From contig NC_000964.3 in assembly GCF_000009045.1 (NCBI RefSeq), forward strand, positions 1,860,001 through 1,892,000: 32,000 bases of DNA. The letters are read 5' to 3'. This document shows, in pieces, positions 27,352 through 32,000 of this stretch. Numbering within the stretch: position 1 is the stretch's first letter; the number at the start of each line of letters is the position of its first letter. A program made the position numbers and the translations under genes. Below the pieces are notes generated by a model, which saw only the letters and a program-made list of their open reading frames with translations, did no database searches and was not told the origin of the DNA. This DNA is from Bacillus subtilis subsp. subtilis str. 168 (lineage in GTDB: Bacteria; Bacillota; Bacilli; Bacillales; Bacillaceae).

Positions 27352-28743
27352 ATGCTCAGTGAAAATGTAAAGAAGATTAGCATGGTTGAAAAAGTTGGAT
27401 ATGCGTCTGGAGATTTTGCTTGTAATTTAATTTATGCAACAGTGTCTACGTATCTTTTGTTCTTCTATACAGATGTTTTTGGTTTATCGGCAGCAGCAGC
27501 CGGTACTATGTTTTTAGTGGTTAGAATAATCGACGCTCTCGCTGATCCTTTTATCGGAACAATAGTTGACAGAACGAACAGCAGATTTGGACGCTTTAGA
27601 CCGTATCTTTTATTCGGAGCTTTTCCATTTGTCATACTGGCAATACTCTGTTTTACAACACCAGACTTTTCGGATATGGGGAAATTAATATATGCCTATA
27701 TAACCTATGTTGGCTTGTCGCTTACATACACAACGATAAACGTTCCATATGGCGCGTTAACTTCTGCAATGACTAGAAATAATCAAGAAGTTGTTAGTAT
27801 AACTTCTGTTCGCATGTTATTTGCGAATCTTGGGGGACTTGTCGTTGCATTTTTTGTTCCCTTACTGGCTGCTTATTTAAGCGATACTTCCGGCAACGAG
27901 TCTCTTGGCTGGCAACTAACCATGGGTATTTTGGGAATGATAGGCGGGTGCCTTTTAATCTTTTGTTTTAAAAGCACAAAAGAGCGGGTCACTCTTCAAA
28001 AATCCGAAGAGAAAATTAAATTTACGGATATATTTGAGCAGTTTCGTGTTAATCGTCCACTTGTTGTATTAAGTATTTTCTTTATTATTATTTTTGGAGT
28101 GAATTCCATCAGTAATTCGGTTGGCATTTACTACGTAACGTATAACTTAGAAAGAGAGGATTTGGTGAAGTGGTACGGTTTGATAGGAAGTTTACCCGCT
28201 TTGGTCATTTTACCGTTTATTCCAAGGCTTCATCAATTTTTGGGGAAAAAGAAATTACTAAACTATGCATTATTACTGAATATTATAGGCCTCTTAGCTT
28301 TACTGTTTGTTCCGCCAAGTAATGTTTACCTCATACTTGTCTGTCGATTAATCGCTGCTGCTGGAAGTCTCACTGCCGGGGGATATATGTGGGCGCTTAT
28401 TCCTGAAACAATTGAATATGGAGAGTACAGGACTGGGAAAAGAATGGGTGGGCTCATTTACGCTATAATCGGATTTTTCTTTAAGTTTGGTATGGCCTTA
28501 GGAGGAGTTGTTCCGGGTCTGGTTCTTGATAAGTTTGGATATGTAGCAAATCAGGCACAAACCCCGGCGGCCTTAATGGGGATTTTAATTACAACAACCA
28601 TTATTCCCGTGTTCTTGCTTGTTCTAGCTTTAATTGATATTAATTTCTATAACTTAGATGAGAAAAAATATAAAAACATGGTTCGAGAATTAGAGAATAG
28701 AGACAAAGTTTATTTGGATCATATTGATGATTTCAAGGCTTAA
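27352..28743 (+). CDS. xynP: GPH-family (glycoside-pentoside-hexuronide:cation) xyloside symporter
   Basis: ORF trimmed to MLSENVKKISMVEKVGYASGDF... (463 aa) behind the SD AAAGGGGAG. It has about 12 hydrophobic segments and the GPH-typical RIIDALADPFIG motif. Confidence 0.9.
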   Translation: MLSENVKKISMVEKVGYASGDFACNLIYATVSTYLLFFYTDVFGLSAAAAGTMFLVVRIIDALADPFIGTIVDRTNSRFGRFRPYLLFGAFPFVILAILCFTTPDFSDMGKLIYAYITYVGLSLTYTTINVPYGALTSAMTRNNQEVVSITSVRMLFANLGGLVVAFFVPLLAAYLSDTSGNESLGWQLTMGILGMIGGCLLIFCFKSTKERVTLQKSEEKIKFTDIFEQFRVNRPLVVLSIFFIIIFGVNSISNSVGIYYVTYNLEREDLVKWYGLIGSLPALVILPFIPRLHQFLGKKKLLNYALLLNIIGLLALLFVPPSNVYLILVCRLIAAAGSLTAGGYMWALIPETIEYGEYRTGKRMGGLIYAIIGFFFKFGMALGGVVPGLVLDKFGYVANQAQTPAALMGILITTTIIPVFLLVLALIDINFYNLDEKKYKNMVRELENRDKVYLDHIDDFKA

Positions 28744-28773
28744 AAAAGAAAATAAACTGAGGAGGAGTCCCAA

Positions 28774-30375
28774 ATGAAGATTACCAATCCCGTACTTAAA
28801 GGATTCAATCCCGATCCAAGTATTTGTAGAGCAGGAGAGGATTATTATATCGCTGTATCTACATTTGAGTGGTTTCCGGGAGTCCAGATACACCACTCAA
28901 AAGATTTAGTAAATTGGCACTTAGTTGCACATCCATTACAGAGAGTTTCACAATTAGACATGAAAGGAAACCCAAATTCAGGTGGAGTTTGGGCACCATG
29001 TTTAAGCTATAGTGATGGGAAGTTTTGGCTGATCTATACGGATGTTAAGGTAGTAGATGGCGCATGGAAAGATTGTCACAATTATTTAGTTACTTGTGAA
29101 ACGATTAATGGTGATTGGAGTGAGCCGATTAAATTAAATAGCTCGGGGTTTGATGCTTCTTTGTTCCATGATACGGATGGAAAAAAGTATTTATTAAATA
29201 TGTTATGGGATCACCGTATTGATCGGCACTCATTTGGAGGAATTGTTATACAGGAATATTCTGATAAAGAGCAAAAATTAATCGGTAAACCAAAAGTTAT
29301 ATTTGAAGGAACTGATAGAAAACTGACAGAAGCTCCGCATCTTTATCATATCGGGAACTATTATTATTTATTAACTGCAGAAGGAGGAACACGGTACGAA
29401 CATGCTGCTACAATTGCTCGTTCTGCAAATATTGAGGGGCCATATGAAGTTCATCCCGATAATCCAATTTTAACGTCATGGCATGACCCAGGAAATCCAT
29501 TGCAAAAATGTGGTCATGCATCCATTGTTCAAACACATACAGATGAGTGGTATTTAGCTCATTTAACGGGACGTCCTATTCATCCTGACGATGATTCAAT
29601 TTTTCAGCAGAGAGGATACTGTCCTTTGGGCAGAGAAACAGCTATTCAAAAACTTTACTGGAAAGATGAATGGCCCTATGTAGTAGGTGGAAAAGAAGGA
29701 AGCTTGGAGGTAGATGCACCTTCTATACCCGAAACAATATTTGAAGCAACGTACCCGGAAGTTGATGAATTTGAGGATTCAACATTAAATATAAATTTTC
29801 AAACTTTAAGGATTCCATTCACGAATGAATTAGGTTCATTGACTCAAGCGCCAAATCATTTACGATTATTCGGTCATGAATCATTGACCTCGACATTTAC
29901 TCAGGCATTTGTAGCCAGACGCTGGCAAAGTCTCCATTTTGAAGCCGAAACTGCTGTTGAGTTTTATCCGGAAAATTTTCAACAAGCCGCTGGGTTGGTG
30001 AATTACTACAATACAGAGAACTGGACGGCTCTTCAAGTCACGCATGATGAAGAACTTGGGCGCATTCTTGAATTAACAATATGTGACAACTTTTCTTTTT
30101 CACAGCCATTAAATAATAAAATTGTTATTCCTCGTGAAGTAAAGTATGTATATTTAAGAGTAAATATTGAAAAGGACAAATATTATTATTTCTATTCTTT
30201 TAACAAAGAAGATTGGCACAAAATTGACATTGCACTGGAATCGAAAAAATTATCAGATGATTATATCCGTGGGGGAGGATTCTTCACAGGGGCCTTTGTA
30301 GGGATGCAATGCCAAGATACCAGTGGTAATCATATTCCGGCCGACTTTAGATATTTTCGTTATAAAGAAAAATAA
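28774..30375 (+). CDS. xynB: GH43 beta-xylosidase
   Basis: 533-aa ORF behind the SD GAGGAGG, with N-terminal [13 protein letters not shown] and EAPHLY motifs typical of GH43. Confidence 0.95.
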   Translation: MKITNPVLKGFNPDPSICRAGEDYYIAVSTFEWFPGVQIHHSKDLVNWHLVAHPLQRVSQLDMKGNPNSGGVWAPCLSYSDGKFWLIYTDVKVVDGAWKDCHNYLVTCETINGDWSEPIKLNSSGFDASLFHDTDGKKYLLNMLWDHRIDRHSFGGIVIQEYSDKEQKLIGKPKVIFEGTDRKLTEAPHLYHIGNYYYLLTAEGGTRYEHAATIARSANIEGPYEVHPDNPILTSWHDPGNPLQKCGHASIVQTHTDEWYLAHLTGRPIHPDDDSIFQQRGYCPLGRETAIQKLYWKDEWPYVVGGKEGSLEVDAPSIPETIFEATYPEVDEFEDSTLNINFQTLRIPFTNELGSLTQAPNHLRLFGHESLTSTFTQAFVARRWQSLHFEAETAVEFYPENFQQAAGLVNYYNTENWTALQVTHDEELGRILELTICDNFSFSQPLNNKIVIPREVKYVYLRVNIEKDKYYYFYSFNKEDWHKIDIALESKKLSDDYIRGGGFFTGAFVGMQCQDTSGNHIPADFRYFRYKEK

Positions 30376-30381
30376 TTTGCA

Positions 30382-30421
30382 CATGAAAAAGGAGATTTCT
30401 ATTTTAGAACTCCTTTTTCAT
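30382..30421 (+). terminator. hairpin after xynB
   Basis: ATGAAAAAGGAG pairs with CTCCTTTTTCAT (12-bp perfect stem, 15-nt loop). No clean T-run follows. Confidence 0.5.
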
Positions 30422-30466
30422 ATGAGAAGGTGCCATGTCACTATTGCTTCAGAAATACTCCTAGAA

Positions 30467-30492
30467 TAAAAAAACTCATCTTTAAAGATGAG
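30467..30492 (-). terminator. intrinsic terminator after xylR
   Basis: Palindrome CTCATCTTTAAAGATGAG, with an A8 run on the plus strand that gives a T-run after the stem on the minus strand. Confidence 0.7.
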
Positions 30493-30511
30493 CTGTCCAT
30501 TCCATAAAAAA

Positions 30512-31666
30512 TTACATTGTAATCATGTCCAGAAAATGATCAATCACAATGGAGGACATTCCTAATGCCGGTGCATTCTGTCCTAAGGAAGATGGCAATA
30601 ATTCATAGCTATTGCCTAATTGGGAATAAACCCTTGATGATACTTCACTTCTCATTGAATTTAAAACCATAGGATGCGATTCAATTATGCTATTTCTTAA
30701 AATTACGGCTTGTGGGTTGAAAGTATTTAGAATATTGGTAAGGCCTATTCCTAAATAGAATCCAAAATTTTGTAATGCATTTAAGGTTCCGATATCATTC
30801 AGATGGGCGAGGTTTATGATATCTTGATAGGACAGTTTTTTCTCTTTGGTCTGAAGAGATTTTAATAAAGCCTTCTCTGAAGCATACAATTCCCAGCATC
30901 CTCGGTTTCCGCAACTGCATTTAGGACCATTAAAGTCTATTGTCATATGTCCCATTTCTCCAGAGAAGCCGCTTACTCCTCTATATAAATGATTGTTGAT
31001 AATAACACCGATCCCTATTCCTGTGCTGATACTTACGTAAATAATGTTATCGTGATTTTTTGCAGCTCCAAATACTTTTTCTCCATATGCGCCAGCATTT
31101 GCCTCATTTTCAATAAAAACAGGCACATTGTACTTCTCTTGTATCGAAGATTTTAAGTCAATATCTCTCCAGTTGGAGTTCGGAGTGAAAACAATTTTTT
31201 GATCTTTATCAATGAGTCCAGGCACGCAAATACCTATACCAATAAGCCCGTACGGAGATTGGGGCATTTGCGTAATAAAGTGATGAATCATATCAATCAA
31301 AATGTCTTTCGTTATTTCTGGAGAATTGGATTCCAAATGGCGGTATTGATCAAGAACGATTGTTCCTTCAAGGTCTGTTAAAATGCCATTAATATAATCC
31401 ACACCAACATCTATTCCAACGGAGTATCCTGCCTTTTTATTAAAAACAAGCATGACAGGTCTTCTTCCGCCACTTGATTGTCCTTGACCTATTTCAAATA
31501 CCATACTTTCTTTCATTAACGTGTTTACCTGTGATGAGACAGTTGATTTATTTAATCCAGTCATTTCAGATAATTTTGCTCTTGAAATAGGTGAATTTTT
31601 AAGGATTTCTTTTAATAATAACTTTTGATTTACTTTTTTGACAAAGGTTTGATCAGCGATATCCAC
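30512..31666 (-). CDS. xylR: ROK-family xylose repressor
   Basis: ORF 30512..31675. The GTG at 31666 (384 aa) lies 8 nt after GGAG. It has an N-terminal wHTH (SRAKLSEMTGLNKSTVSSQV) and the ROK Zn motif GHMTIDFNGPKCSCGNRGCWE. Confidence 0.93.
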   Translation of the reverse strand: MDIADQTFVKKVNQKLLLKEILKNSPISRAKLSEMTGLNKSTVSSQVNTLMKESMVFEIGQGQSSGGRRPVMLVFNKKAGYSVGIDVGVDYINGILTDLEGTIVLDQYRHLESNSPEITKDILIDMIHHFITQMPQSPYGLIGIGICVPGLIDKDQKIVFTPNSNWRDIDLKSSIQEKYNVPVFIENEANAGAYGEKVFGAAKNHDNIIYVSISTGIGIGVIINNHLYRGVSGFSGEMGHMTIDFNGPKCSCGNRGCWELYASEKALLKSLQTKEKKLSYQDIINLAHLNDIGTLNALQNFGFYLGIGLTNILNTFNPQAVILRNSIIESHPMVLNSMRSEVSSRVYSQLGNSYELLPSSLGQNAPALGMSSIVIDHFLDMITM

Positions 31667-31771
31667 TTCATCCACTCCATTTGTTTAATCTTTAAATTAA
31701 GTATCAACATAGTACATAGCGAATCTTCCCTTTATTATATCTAATGTGTTCATAAAAAACTAAAAAAAATA

Positions 31772-31834
31772 TTGAAAATACTGACGAGGTTATATAAGAT
31801 GAAAATAAGTTAGTTTGTTTAAACAACAAACTAA
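31772..31834 (+). promoter_or_regulatory. xylA promoter and XylR operator
   Basis: The -35 is TTGAAA (31772-31777), followed by a 17-nt spacer and the -10 TAAGAT (31795-31800). The 25-bp palindrome is TTAGTTTGTTTAAACAACAAACTAA (31810-31834). Confidence 0.85.
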
Positions 31835-31907
31835 TAGGTGATGTACTTACTATATGAAATAAAATGCATCTGTATTTGAATGAATTTATTTTTAAGGGGG
31901 AAATCAC

Positions 31908-32000
31908 ATGGCTCAATCTCATTCCAGTTCAATCAACTATTTTGGAAGCGCAAACAAAGTGGTTTACGAAGGGAAAGATTCGACTAATCCTTTAGCATTT
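31908..32000 (+). CDS. xylA: xylose isomerase, 5' end only (runs off the window)
   Basis: MAQSHSSSINYFGSANKVVYEGKDSTNPLAF... behind the SD AAGGGGGA. Confidence 0.9.
   Translation, partial: MAQSHSSSINYFGSANKVVYEGKDSTNPLAF
31943..31956 (+). promoter_or_regulatory. intragenic cre (CcpA) site of xylA
   Basis: TGGAAGCGCAAACA fits TGWAANCGNTNWCA except for A where T is expected at position 10. Its location early in the xylA coding region agrees with the known xyl cre. Confidence 0.8.

Noticed and set aside
27096-27383. ORF 27096..27383 (-), 95 aa, in the xynP leader
   Set aside because: It is antisense to the transcribed leader and the xynP start, has no SD, and is low-complexity.
28690-28896. 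ORF 28690..28896 (-), across the xynP/xynB junction
   Set aside because: It is antisense to two well-supported genes.
31704-31922. ORF 31704..31922 (-), 72 aa, across the xylA promoter and operator
   Set aside because: It covers the XylR operator and the xylA SD and start, so the region is regulatory rather than coding.

Overview
From the protein sequences and gene order, I recognise this window as the Bacillus subtilis 168-type chromosome segment ymzB-ymaE-aprX ... miaA-hfq ... nrdI-nrdE-nrdF-ymaB, cwlC, spoVK, hflX(ynbA)-ynbB-glnR-glnA, ynxB ... ynaI, xynP-xynB, xylR, xylA'. This identification is from memory; no search was possible. Positions 1-19800 are ordinary core genome: housekeeping and sporulation genes with clean SD sites, intrinsic terminators, and textbook regulatory sites (NrdR boxes, GlnR/TnrA operators). 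The xyn/xyl region from about 27000 carries XylR operators and cre sites. I saw no rRNA, tRNA, CRISPR array, intact transposase, integrase or IS element. The accessory part is about 19800-27000, starting just after the glnA terminator. It is visibly more AT-rich and holds about 11 short, same-strand genes of unknown function separated by large ORF-free gaps. Some have immunity-protein-like signatures (SMI1/KNR4-type YnaB; YnaE, recalled as DUF3885). Others are a two-domain protein with a PD-(D/E)xK-like C-terminus (YnaC), a GNAT acetyltransferase (YnaD) and a minimal nucleotidyltransferase-fold protein (YnaI). The island also holds decayed genes. The clearest is a stop- and frameshift-riddled SOS-response-associated-peptidase (MCGRF...) remnant on the minus strand, which I do not recall being annotated. 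My best candidate for something undescribed is this island, read as a decayed prophage or polymorphic-toxin 'orphan immunity/defence' locus with YnaC as a possible stand-alone nuclease effector. That reading is inference only. Elsewhere I flag a frameshifted WYL-like mini-gene between aprX and ymaC, a 19-nt direct repeat in the cwlC/spoVK intergenic region, and several smaller oddities. Many long N-terminal extensions in the ORF track were trimmed to the start codon that has an SD sequence.
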